A stretch of 53,717 nucleotides of DNA, from positions 1 through 53,717 of the IMG/VR virus record IMGVR_UViG_3300042997_001874, one strand, 5' to 3'. The notes under the pieces were generated by a model. That model was not told the DNA's origin and did not search any database. It was given only the letters and a program-made list of their open reading frames with translations. Made by a program: the position numbers and the translations under genes. This stretch comes from a virus (taxonomy: Duplodnaviria; Caudoviricetes). This document shows, one piece after another, positions 1 through 9,011 of this stretch. Each line of letters opens with the position of its first letter. Position 1 is the stretch's first letter.

Positions 1-2
1 CT

Positions 3-206
3 TATTCAAGAGCATGGTTTTATATCTCTAAAGTGGATTTAAAGCGCAGAGTAGACGTAGATGCTTTATTTACATTTATGGATAAAGATTTATTACACAC
101 AACTAAAATGGCGATTCGTTATTTTGAGGGCGTGGAAGAGTACGAGAAATGTGCTCATATTAAACAAATTCAAGATATTGTTGAAAAAATGTTGGATAAA
201 ACGTGA
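3..206 (+). CDS. Partial (5'-truncated) hypothetical protein with a UVR-like helical motif
   Basis: Hand translation gives an open frame YSRAWFYISK...AIRYFEGVEEYEKCAHIKQIQDIVEKMLDKT* ending TGA at 204-206. EEYEKCAxI resembles the UvrB/C (UVR) motif. Not in the ORF track. Confidence 0.6.
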   Translation, partial: YSRAWFYISKVDLKRRVDVDALFTFMDKDLLHTTKMAIRYFEGVEEYEKCAHIKQIQDIVEKMLDKT

Positions 207-254
207 TTCTATATCACTCTATCATTATATTAATATATAACTAAAAATTCGATT

Positions 255-428
255 ATGCGAAATCCAGACTTGGCGATGCAAAAACTAGAAAAACTTAATG
301 GTAAATTGACGACCATGAAAGTTATGATTACACGCCCCACCACAACTACCGATCAATACCAACACCTCATTGCTGAAGCAGAAGAAGTAGTTGAAGATCT
401 TAAGATGATGGTTCAACGTCAAAACTAA
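255..428 (+). CDS. Small hypothetical protein (57 aa)
   Basis: ATG 255 to TAA 428, MRNPDLAMQKLEKLNGKL...MMVQRQN. It fills the gap before the HD gene and is below the ORF-track cutoff. Confidence 0.65.
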   Translation: MRNPDLAMQKLEKLNGKLTTMKVMITRPTTTTDQYQHLIAEAEEVVEDLKMMVQRQN

Positions 429-442
429 TTTAAATTAAAGTT

Positions 443-1219
443 ATGAATCTTACTGCTGAACAAATCCAAAACAATTGGAACGTATTTTTGGGTATTATTG
501 AGGAACATATTTCCTCACCCCGTAAAGAAAAACTACTTGAATTCTATGATCAATATGCTGAGCGCGTTATGCTCATGCCGGCTGCCCATAAAAAAGAATA
601 TCATAACGCTTTTCCTGGAGGGTATGTAGAACACGTTATTCGTGTTGTACGTTGTGCTCTAAAACAACACCAATTATGGGCTGATGAGGATGCTGACATA
701 TCAGGATATACTGTTGAAGAACTAGTATTTGCTGCTATTAATCACGATTTGGGTAAAATGGGAGACGATCAACACGAATCCTATATCCCACAAACTGATC
801 AATGGCGTAAAGATAAGCTAGGAGAAGACTATATGTTCAACACTAAACTCGCATTTGCTTCGGTTCCAGACCGTGGTTTGTTCATGCTCCAATCACATGG
901 TATCCAGTATACGTTTAATGAGATGTTAGCTATTCAAACACACGATGGTTTGTATGATGAGGCAAACAAGAAATATCTTATGACTTATATGCCAGAGCAA
1001 AAACCACGTACTTGCCTCCCATTTGTTCTTCACTTTGCTGATATGATGGCTGCTCGTATTGAGTTTGAGCGTGAATGGTTACCTAAACTACAGGGCAATA
1101 AATCTGTTAAGGATACCTCTAATAAAGAAACCCGCAGGTTTGTTCCGGCTGCTGCCAAACAAAAAGCACTTGGTTCTGTTAGAAGTAAGGGGTTAAAAAA
1201 TCTATTAGATAGCCTATGA
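443..1219 (+). CDS. HD-domain phosphohydrolase (YhaM/Cbf1-like HD subfamily)
   Basis: YHNAFPGGYVEH ... NHDLGK ... HDG ... LHFAD match the H...HD...D metal-binding pattern. Confidence 0.8.
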   Translation: MNLTAEQIQNNWNVFLGIIEEHISSPRKEKLLEFYDQYAERVMLMPAAHKKEYHNAFPGGYVEHVIRVVRCALKQHQLWADEDADISGYTVEELVFAAINHDLGKMGDDQHESYIPQTDQWRKDKLGEDYMFNTKLAFASVPDRGLFMLQSHGIQYTFNEMLAIQTHDGLYDEANKKYLMTYMPEQKPRTCLPFVLHFADMMAARIEFEREWLPKLQGNKSVKDTSNKETRRFVPAAAKQKALGSVRSKGLKNLLDSL

Positions 1220-1509
1220 TCTATATTATATCTATTTTATCTATACTGGTCGTGGTCCTGGGATTCACGACCTTTAACCTTTTACGCAAGGTTGAACAAG
1301 GTGAGGATGAACTAAAACGAAGGCAAGACGCTATTATATCCTACCAGGAATATATTAATGGTTTAGGTAGTACAGTAGAGTTTATGAATAAACGAATTAA
1401 AGAAATTGATGCTAAGGGTACTTTTAATAGTGATGATGAAGTAGGTTTTTTCTTCGAGCGACTTAAAATGTTAAACGATATGCTAAGACCATACGATGTT
1501 AAATTATGA
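1216..1509 (+). CDS. Membrane-anchored coiled-coil hypothetical protein
   Basis: Hydrophobic N-terminus MIYIISILSILVVVLGF followed by a heptad-rich region; ATGA overlap with the upstream gene. Confidence 0.6.
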   Translation: MIYIISILSILVVVLGFTTFNLLRKVEQGEDELKRRQDAIISYQEYINGLGSTVEFMNKRIKEIDAKGTFNSDDEVGFFFERLKMLNDMLRPYDVKL

Positions 1510-2228
1510 TTGAAATAGTAGTTAAAAAGAAAAAAGGTATACAATATTTTACTCAAGAAACAGAAGATGCTATTGTAAGATATAATAAGTCAACTGACCC
1601 TGTAGAAAGAGAAAGAATATATCACAGATACATTCACTACGCGTTTTTTAAGTTAACTGAAAATATTATTCATACTTTTAAATTCTACTATACTGAGGTA
1701 GAAAATATTGAAGATCTCCAACACGAGATAATTACCTTTCTTCTTTCTAAGATGCACCTATACGATCAAACTAAAGGATCTAAGGCATACTCTTATTTTG
1801 GAACTATTGTTAAAAGATATTTAATCATATCCAATACGCGAAACTACAAACGTAGAATCGATAAAGCCCCAGTAGAAGGGGTAGAAGAGGACGAACGCCA
1901 TTCATACCAGATAGATGAGATGACGGCAAGTGATCCTCACCAAGATAAATTATCTATATTTATAGACTTATACACAGAATATTGTACCGAAAATATCTTT
2001 GAATTGTTCGCTAAAGACGAGGATGCTCAAATAGCTGATGCTATTTTGGAGTTATTCCGTAAAAGAGAAGATATAGATATATTCAATAAAAAGGCACTTT
2101 ACATATATATAAGAGAGCAGGTAGATGCCAAAACCCCCAAAATTACTAAAATAGCTAACCAGCTATACGATATATTCAAACACAACTATATATTTTATTT
2201 AGAACACGGTTATGTAAACTTTAAATAA
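1506..2228 (+). CDS. gp55: Phage RNA polymerase sigma factor, gp55-like (late transcription)
   Basis: Sigma region-2-like EDLQHEIITFLLSKMHLYDQTKGSKAYSYFGTIVKRY (compare FDPxKxxNxFxYFTxI in gp55/sigma70 region 2). Size and T4-like context fit. Confidence 0.65.
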   Translation: MIEIVVKKKKGIQYFTQETEDAIVRYNKSTDPVERERIYHRYIHYAFFKLTENIIHTFKFYYTEVENIEDLQHEIITFLLSKMHLYDQTKGSKAYSYFGTIVKRYLIISNTRNYKRRIDKAPVEGVEEDERHSYQIDEMTASDPHQDKLSIFIDLYTEYCTENIFELFAKDEDAQIADAILELFRKREDIDIFNKKALYIYIREQVDAKTPKITKIANQLYDIFKHNYIFYLEHGYVNFK

Positions 2229-2233
2229 CCCAG

Positions 2234-2241
2234 TATTTATA
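2234..2241 (+). promoter_or_regulatory. Putative late promoter TATTTATA
   Basis: Recurrent intergenic octamer, 3 nt before ATG 2245. Confidence 0.6.
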
Positions 2242-2244
2242 ACT

Positions 2245-2580
2245 ATGAGCCAGTTTGATAAAATAGTATTCGGTAAGAAAAAATTCTCTGATCTTCTAGA
2301 AGAGATTTACGATAACCAAAAGAAAAAAGATAAGCAGGTAACTGCCCTTGTTAAAGAACTTCAACCTATGATCGCGGAGATAGGTGATGCTACCCTAATT
2401 GTTCCATTAATTAAAGAATATATGGAGATTGGGGTTAAAAACGATGATCTTTTAATCAAAATGGCTGCTTTAGCACAACGTGCTATGAACAGCGAAGCAA
2501 CTGATGCTGGGTTAGGTATCTCAGATGAGGAAAAACAACAATTGCTTGATGAAATAAACAAGTTTAAATCTGAGGAGTAA
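2245..2580 (+). CDS. Hypothetical helical protein
   Basis: 111-aa ORF after TATTTATA; TAATG overlap with the next gene. Confidence 0.6.
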   Translation: MSQFDKIVFGKKKFSDLLEEIYDNQKKKDKQVTALVKELQPMIAEIGDATLIVPLIKEYMEIGVKNDDLLIKMAALAQRAMNSEATDAGLGISDEEKQQLLDEINKFKSEE

Positions 2581-3836
2581 TGGGTTACAAATATGGGCAA
2601 GAAGGTAGTAATGATATTGTAAATAACCCTAATAATAGTTACGAGACTAATTTAGGATTAAGGGTTAATAATTTAATTACTGTAGGAAGAGTTGTAGATA
2701 TTATTCTAGATAGTTCCCACAAAGATTATCCTATATATGGGGAGGCAGGTATAGGGCTTATAAAGTATCAATTAATTGATGCTGTCCCTACTGAGGTAGG
2801 TACTTTAAGTGCAGTAGCTATACCTTTATTTTCTAATATAAAGACCTACCCACTTATTAATGAGATAGTGTATATGATTTCTTTACCTACTATCTTAACA
2901 CAAGTGCAATTTGGGGCTAATACTTTATATTATTTTCCCCCTATAAATGTTTTTAATAATAATTATTTAAATGCTTTACCTTCAGCTCTAAACCCCAATA
3001 CTACCTCCTCTCCTTCAGAACAAAAAACATATCAAGAAGTAGATTTAGGTAGTAACTTAATTATTACTAATACTACTCAAAGTATTAATTTAGGAAAAAC
3101 ATTTCCTATTATAGATAATATCCATCCCCTAAAAGCTTTTGAGGGAGATGTTATATATGAAGGTAGATTTGGTCATAGTACAAGATATGGCTCAACTGTA
3201 AGTGGTTCCTCTAATAACTGGTCTTCAACCGGCTCTAATGGTGACCCTATCACTATTATTAGAAACGGACAGGGGCAAGTGGATACCCCATTCAATTGGG
3301 ATAGAATAACAGAAGATATTAATAGGGATGATTCTTCTATATATTTTACTTCTACTCAAAATATTCCTATTAATGTATCAAGTATTAATGATTACTTTAG
3401 CTACCCCAATGGTCAACAACCAATTACCCCTAACCAATATGCTGGGAAGCAAATAATTCTTAATTCAGGGCGTTTGGTATTTAATACCACTCAAGACCAT
3501 TTACTTTTAAGCTCAGCAAAATCAATTAATTTAAACGCGGTTGAATCCATAAATGTTGATACAACAGGTCCTGTAGTATTGCAGGCAGGTGAGGTATATC
3601 TTGGTTCTAAAAGCGCTACTGAGCCTGTTTTATTAGGTAATGCTACTGTAGATCTTTTATTTCAATTATTAGAAAATTTAGCTACTTTAACTGCTAATCT
3701 AGCAACCCAGGTAGGTGTACCCCCAGGTGCCCCCCTAGAACCTACTAGAACTGTAGCTACTTTAGTTAATAATAATATAAATGATTTATTATTAAATCTT
3801 AATGGATTAAAATCAAACTCTGTTAAAACTGTATAA
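2580..3836 (+). CDS. Putative baseplate hub/central spike protein (gp5/gpV-like, no lysozyme domain evident)
   Basis: OB-fold-like N-terminus (GRVVDII...YPLINEIV), EGDVIYEGRFGHS, beta-rich C-terminus (QIILNSGRLVFN, EPVLLGN); lies upstream of gp25/gp6. Confidence 0.55.
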   Translation: MGYKYGQEGSNDIVNNPNNSYETNLGLRVNNLITVGRVVDIILDSSHKDYPIYGEAGIGLIKYQLIDAVPTEVGTLSAVAIPLFSNIKTYPLINEIVYMISLPTILTQVQFGANTLYYFPPINVFNNNYLNALPSALNPNTTSSPSEQKTYQEVDLGSNLIITNTTQSINLGKTFPIIDNIHPLKAFEGDVIYEGRFGHSTRYGSTVSGSSNNWSSTGSNGDPITIIRNGQGQVDTPFNWDRITEDINRDDSSIYFTSTQNIPINVSSINDYFSYPNGQQPITPNQYAGKQIILNSGRLVFNTTQDHLLLSSAKSINLNAVESINVDTTGPVVLQAGEVYLGSKSATEPVLLGNATVDLLFQLLENLATLTANLATQVGVPPGAPLEPTRTVATLVNNNINDLLLNLNGLKSNSVKTV

Positions 3837-4819
3837 TGGCTACTCCTAGACAAATAGAAGAACAAAGACTACAAAGAGCTGCTGATAGAAGAGCAGCCCA
3901 ACAGAGTATTGAATTGACTCAAATAGATCCTTCTTTAATCCAGTCTAACACCCCAGATAATTTAAAACCTCAAGGTACTGGGAATTTAGGTAAAAAATTT
4001 TTAGATTTAGGTAAAAAAACTCTTAAACTAATTTTACCTAAACTTACTTCTTTAGCTTCAGAATTTGCATTAGATCAATTTAATCAAATTAAAGACCAAG
4101 CTACTAGTCCTGAAGCTATAGCTCAATTAAAGACTCAATTTTGCCCTAGTCCTCAAAGACTACAACAATTAGTTGAAATGAGAAATAATATAGTAGGGCA
4201 ATTAAATACTATAGGGAATCAAGTTAATACTTTAAATAACAGTGTAACTAGCTTACAAAGTTTAATTAATACCTTACAAAATATTATATCAATCGAACAA
4301 TTAGCTAAACTAGCAACTTCAGCTATTTCAAAAGCAATTCCATTTGGCCTTCCAGGAGCAATTCCTGCTTTATTAAGTGATTTAGAAACTATCGATGATG
4401 AAGTTATACCAATTGTAGATAAAAATGCTTCTATACTTAGTGGTATTTCTTTACCATTTAGTATTTTATCATCTATTATTAATAAAATAGTTAAAGCTTT
4501 ACAATCTTTAGATTCTTTAATTAGTTTATGTTTAGAAGATAGTGGGCTTAATCTTCAACTAGATTCTATATCTGAAACTATACAAATTGTATCTAATGAA
4601 GTTGATAAAGCAACAACTAATGATGGATCTTATAAAGGGTTTACTTTTTCAGTAGAAGAAGTACCTTTTAGTCCTACTGTTACTCGTAGAAGGGCTTTAG
4701 CTCTTAACCAGTCAGGAATTAGTTTACTCCAAACTGAACTTTCGTTTACAACAAACAACCAAACATTAATTAATGAACTTAAGCTAATAATTGACAGAGA
4801 TAATTTAAAATCTTTTTAA
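3836..4819 (+). CDS. Hypothetical helical/coiled-coil protein, probably baseplate-associated
   Basis: 327-aa ORF translationally coupled to the spike gene. Confidence 0.5.
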   Translation: MATPRQIEEQRLQRAADRRAAQQSIELTQIDPSLIQSNTPDNLKPQGTGNLGKKFLDLGKKTLKLILPKLTSLASEFALDQFNQIKDQATSPEAIAQLKTQFCPSPQRLQQLVEMRNNIVGQLNTIGNQVNTLNNSVTSLQSLINTLQNIISIEQLAKLATSAISKAIPFGLPGAIPALLSDLETIDDEVIPIVDKNASILSGISLPFSILSSIINKIVKALQSLDSLISLCLEDSGLNLQLDSISETIQIVSNEVDKATTNDGSYKGFTFSVEEVPFSPTVTRRRALALNQSGISLLQTELSFTTNNQTLINELKLIIDRDNLKSF

Positions 4820-4825
4820 TTTTAA

Positions 4826-4833
4826 TATTTATA
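4826..4833 (+). promoter_or_regulatory. Putative late promoter TATTTATA
   Basis: Recurrent octamer, 4 nt before ATG 4838. Confidence 0.6.
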
Positions 4834-4837
4834 ACAG

Positions 4838-5251
4838 ATGAAACCCAGCGAACTAAAATCATTTATTAAAGAAGCAGTTAGAGAAGCTATCCAAGAGGAA
4901 CTAAAAGATATCCTTTTGGAAGCAGTCCGTGCTCCTAAATCACCAATTCAGGAAACTTATCAAGGAACCCCCATTGGAGTTGGGGGAACGGGAGTTACTA
5001 ATACAACACTATCCTCTAATGGAACTACTTCATTAACCTCACAAAAATCAGCTACCGAAAAAAGAGCTATGATGGAAAGTATTATGGGAGATATGCGAAG
5101 AGGACAAGATACTCTTAACTTTACTACTCAAAATATAGCAGCTAATACTCTACAAATAACCCCGGGTATGAATACCTCAGGAGATGGGTCAAAATTACCA
5201 GAGGGTAATGTTGGTTTAGATATGATTATGGGATTAATGGGCAAGAAATAA
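4838..5251 (+). CDS. Hypothetical protein with an MKxSELKxxIKE leader
   Basis: N-terminus MKPSELKSFIKEAVREAIQEE is shared with ORFs 22974 and 38030. Confidence 0.55.
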   Translation: MKPSELKSFIKEAVREAIQEELKDILLEAVRAPKSPIQETYQGTPIGVGGTGVTNTTLSSNGTTSLTSQKSATEKRAMMESIMGDMRRGQDTLNFTTQNIAANTLQITPGMNTSGDGSKLPEGNVGLDMIMGLMGKK

Positions 5252-5652
5252 TGGCAACCCAAATTATTCCTGCACTAAATCCAATAGATAGAAGTAAAAG
5301 AAATGCTATAGGATTTACTTTACCTTTTTATAATGCACAACCCTTTACTTCAAACTATACAACCCAACAAGCCCTTAAGAATAATATCATCAATTATATG
5401 ATGACTAATAAAGGAGAACGTTGTTTAAATCCTAATTTTGGGGCTGATTTAAGAAGGCAAGTATTTGAAGCTATGCAACTAGGAGAAACAACAGGTTTAA
5501 CTGATCTTATTTCAACTCTTCTAACTAACCAATTCCCCCAGATCAATGTAATTAGTGTTACTTCAGATCCTGACCCTAGTCAAAACTATGTAAATATCCA
5601 AATAGCATATAGTTTTCAAAGTCAAGTGGAGGTACTTAATGCTAGTATATAA
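5251..5652 (+). CDS. gp25: Baseplate wedge subunit, gp25/GPW family
   Basis: ALKNNIINYMMTNKGERCLNPNFGADL matches the gp25 signature (T.KGER...P.FG); directly precedes gp6. Confidence 0.85.
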   Translation: MATQIIPALNPIDRSKRNAIGFTLPFYNAQPFTSNYTTQQALKNNIINYMMTNKGERCLNPNFGADLRRQVFEAMQLGETTGLTDLISTLLTNQFPQINVISVTSDPDPSQNYVNIQIAYSFQSQVEVLNASI

Positions 5653-5657
5653 TTAAA

Positions 5658-7502
5658 ATGGCTATTAAAAGAAATTTAACATACTTAAATAAAGACTTTA
5701 CTGAGTTTAGGAGTAGTTTAATTAACTATTCTCAAACTTATTTTCCTACTACTTACAATGACTTCAGCCCATCATCCCCAGGTATGATGTTAATTGAAAT
5801 GGCTTCGTATGTGGGTGATGTAATGTCTTTTTACTTAGATAATCAATATCAAGAAACTTTTTTACAATATGCTCGCCAAGCAAATAATGTATTTGATTTA
5901 GCTTATATGTTTGGATATAAACCTAAAGTAACAGGTGTGGCAATGGCTGATATTGATTTTTTTCAAAGAGTACCAGCCTCAGGTAGTACTTTTGCTCCTG
6001 ATTTTAGATATGCCTTAATAGTATCCGCTAATTCTTCTATTCAATCTAGCCTAAATAATAATACAAGTTTTTTAGTAGAAGATCCCGTAGATTTTACAGT
6101 TTCCTCTTCGGGTGATCCAACTGAGATTACAATATATGCTACTGCGGCTGGTAATCCCTCAGAATATCTTTTAAAGAAACCCCGTAAAGCCATCTCAGCA
6201 ACAGTTAATACTACAACTTTTACATTTACTACTCCTCAAGAGTTTGCTACCGTAAATCTTATAGATAACGATATTATAGGTATTTTAGATATAGTAGATT
6301 CGGATGGTAATGAATGGTATGAAGTAGATTATTTAGCTCAGGAAATGATCTATAAATCTATTAAAAATGCTAACCCAAATGATCCTAATTATTATACAGA
6401 TGGCTCAAATACTCCATTCTTACTTCAATTAGAACAAGTTCAAAGAAGATTTGTAACCCGTGTTATAAATGAAACTACTACCCAATTACAATTTGGTGCA
6501 GGCACAACAGCTGATACCGACGAAGAAATTGTACCTAATTCAAATAATGTAGGTTTAGGTTTACCATTTGAAAAAGATAAGTTAACAGCCGCATATTCAC
6601 CAACAAACTTTATATTTAATAACACTTATGGTATTGCCCCTTCAAGTACTACTTTAACTGTAAGATATCTAACAGGTGGTGGAATTAGTGCTAATGTTCA
6701 AGCTAATACTTTAACAACATTTAATGGTACTTTAAACTTCACTACCTATAATCTATCAGGGGCTCAACAATACTTTGATTCATTTGCAGTAAATAATCCT
6801 AAAGCAGCTTCAGGAGGGCAGGATGGGGATACGCTAGAGGAAATAAGACAAAATGCTTCCTCAAATTTTGCTACCCAGCTCCGTAACGTAACTCAAGATG
6901 ATTATTTAGTTAGAGCATTAGCTATGCCCTCAAAATTCGGAGTTGTTTCTAAAGCCTATATTGAACCTACTAAATTACAGAATGTAGGACAAGGTGAAAT
7001 AAATACTACTTTAGATTTATATGTTCTTTCTTCAAATAATTTAAATCAGTTAACTACTGGTTCAGCAGCCTTAAAACAGAATCTATCTACTTATTTATCT
7101 CAATATAGAATCATAGGTGATACAATTAGTATTAAAGATGCTTTTATTGTAAATATTGGGGTTGAGTTTGATATTATTACTTTACCCGAATATGTTAATA
7201 ATGAGGTATTAACTAACTGTATTTCGGAGCTACAAGCATACTTTGCAATTAGTGAATGGCAAATAAATGAACCTATTATTTTAAGAGAATTATATATATT
7301 ACTTGATAGAATAGAGGGGGTTCAAACAGTTAAAAACATAACTATCTTAAATAAAGCAGGTGTTGGTAATGGTTATTCTCAATTTGCCTACGATGTTCAA
7401 GGAGCTAATATAGGAGAAGTAATTTACCCCTCAATTGATCCTATGATCTTTGAAGTAAAATACCCTCAAAGTGATATTCGTGGTAGGGTAGTACCTTTAT
7501 AA
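5658..7502 (+). CDS. gp6: Baseplate wedge subunit gp6 / baseplate J-like
   Basis: KDFTEFRSSLINY, NDFSPSSPGMMLIEMASYVGDVMSFYLD, LAYMFGYKP, ASGGQDGDTLEEIR, RNVTQDDY. Confidence 0.88.
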   Translation: MAIKRNLTYLNKDFTEFRSSLINYSQTYFPTTYNDFSPSSPGMMLIEMASYVGDVMSFYLDNQYQETFLQYARQANNVFDLAYMFGYKPKVTGVAMADIDFFQRVPASGSTFAPDFRYALIVSANSSIQSSLNNNTSFLVEDPVDFTVSSSGDPTEITIYATAAGNPSEYLLKKPRKAISATVNTTTFTFTTPQEFATVNLIDNDIIGILDIVDSDGNEWYEVDYLAQEMIYKSIKNANPNDPNYYTDGSNTPFLLQLEQVQRRFVTRVINETTTQLQFGAGTTADTDEEIVPNSNNVGLGLPFEKDKLTAAYSPTNFIFNNTYGIAPSSTTLTVRYLTGGGISANVQANTLTTFNGTLNFTTYNLSGAQQYFDSFAVNNPKAASGGQDGDTLEEIRQNASSNFATQLRNVTQDDYLVRALAMPSKFGVVSKAYIEPTKLQNVGQGEINTTLDLYVLSSNNLNQLTTGSAALKQNLSTYLSQYRIIGDTISIKDAFIVNIGVEFDIITLPEYVNNEVLTNCISELQAYFAISEWQINEPIILRELYILLDRIEGVQTVKNITILNKAGVGNGYSQFAYDVQGANIGEVIYPSIDPMIFEVKYPQSDIRGRVVPL

Positions 7503-7512
7503 TTAAAAAACC

Positions 7513-8640
7513 ATGGCAGTATATAAAATCTTTCCTACCCAAGACGCAACAATTTACTCAGCTTATCCTAACCAAAATACAGGATTAGATGAGATACTAG
7601 ACGCGTCTACAAACTTTTTAACAGGTAGTGTTCAAACAAATGGTGACTTACCTCAAACCTCTCGTTTTTTAATCCAGTTTGCGGATAGTGATATAGCTTA
7701 TGTTACTCAAAGTTTAATTAAAAACAGACCTTGGGATGCTTATTTAAAAATATTTGTAGCTAATTCTACTTATTTACAAACCAATACTAAAATATTAGCT
7801 AATGCTGTATCTGGTTCTTGGAATATGGGAACTGGTAAATACATGGATAGTCCTGAAGTACAAAATGGGGTTTCGTGGATTTGGAAAACCTATTCAGGTA
7901 GTAATGCCTGGTTAACCTCTAGCTATGGGGCTGGTTCTACGGGTTCTTATAGCCCTAATAACACACCAGGTGGAGGTGTTTGGTGGATCGCTGATTCTGC
8001 TAGTCAAACCTTTTCTTATAGATCTGATCTTGATTTAAATTTTGATGTTACAGATATAGTAGAATATTGGACAGGGAGTAATCCGGTTTGGGGTAATAAT
8101 GGATTTATTGTTAGACAAGACCCATCTCAAGAGTTTGTGGGTAATATTAACCAACAAATTACTTTAAAATATTTCTCAGTAGATACCCACACTATCTATC
8201 CTCCATGTCTAGAATTTAAATGGAAAGACTTTAGTTTCAGTACTGGTTCTTTAACTCAAATTACTGGGTCAAATCCATATGTTTCTTTAGCTAATAATCC
8301 CGGATTTTTCTATAGTGAAAGTATTCAAAGATTTAGATTAAATGTTCGTCCTGAGTTTCCCGCTCGTTCATTTCAAACATCTTCTATCTACACAGCAAAT
8401 TATTTTCTACCTTCAGGCTCTTCATATTGGGCTATTAAAGATTTAGATACAAATGAATATATAGTAGATTTTGATCCAATTTATACTTTAATCAGTACAG
8501 ATGCCTCAGGTAGTTTTTTTGATGTCTATATGAATGGGCTTCAACCTGAAAGGTATTATCAGATACTTATCCAAAGCACTATATCAGGGAATACTATAGT
8601 GTTTGATGATGATTATTATTTTAAAGTTATTAACGGATAA
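7513..8640 (+). CDS. Putative virion structural (baseplate/tail) protein, beta-rich
   Basis: Location in the baseplate operon; QDATIYS...SRFLIQF...FDVTDIV...NNGFIV layout resembles DNRLRE/CBM-like beta domains. Confidence 0.5.
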   Translation: MAVYKIFPTQDATIYSAYPNQNTGLDEILDASTNFLTGSVQTNGDLPQTSRFLIQFADSDIAYVTQSLIKNRPWDAYLKIFVANSTYLQTNTKILANAVSGSWNMGTGKYMDSPEVQNGVSWIWKTYSGSNAWLTSSYGAGSTGSYSPNNTPGGGVWWIADSASQTFSYRSDLDLNFDVTDIVEYWTGSNPVWGNNGFIVRQDPSQEFVGNINQQITLKYFSVDTHTIYPPCLEFKWKDFSFSTGSLTQITGSNPYVSLANNPGFFYSESIQRFRLNVRPEFPARSFQTSSIYTANYFLPSGSSYWAIKDLDTNEYIVDFDPIYTLISTDASGSFFDVYMNGLQPERYYQILIQSTISGNTIVFDDDYYFKVING

Positions 8641-9011
8641 TGGATCAACAGGTTAATTTAAATAAACAAGTATTTGAAAAGAGACAGTATGATAAAACTA
8701 TTAATACATCTTTTACTCAGTTAGTATCTACTACTTTAGAACCAACAGGTTCTGCTCTTCCCTCAGTTGATCAATTTTTTGATTTTTACAATCAATTATT
8801 TTTTGATATACCTAAATTTGGAGAAATAAATTCTCATGAGTACCTTATTAAGACTAGCCAAGAATACATTGGTGCTACAGCTGTCATAACAGATGAATTA
8901 CAAGCCTTAATTAACGAAGTAACAGAATTAAGGCAATCTAATTTAGAATTAAATCAATTAGTACTAAATCTACAATCTAGTGTTGGTGCTATTAGTAATA
9001 TACAAATATGA
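8640..9011 (+). CDS. Hypothetical protein with a C-terminal coiled coil
   Basis: 123-aa ORF coupled to genes on both sides. Confidence 0.55.
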   Translation: MDQQVNLNKQVFEKRQYDKTINTSFTQLVSTTLEPTGSALPSVDQFFDFYNQLFFDIPKFGEINSHEYLIKTSQEYIGATAVITDELQALINEVTELRQSNLELNQLVLNLQSSVGAISNIQI

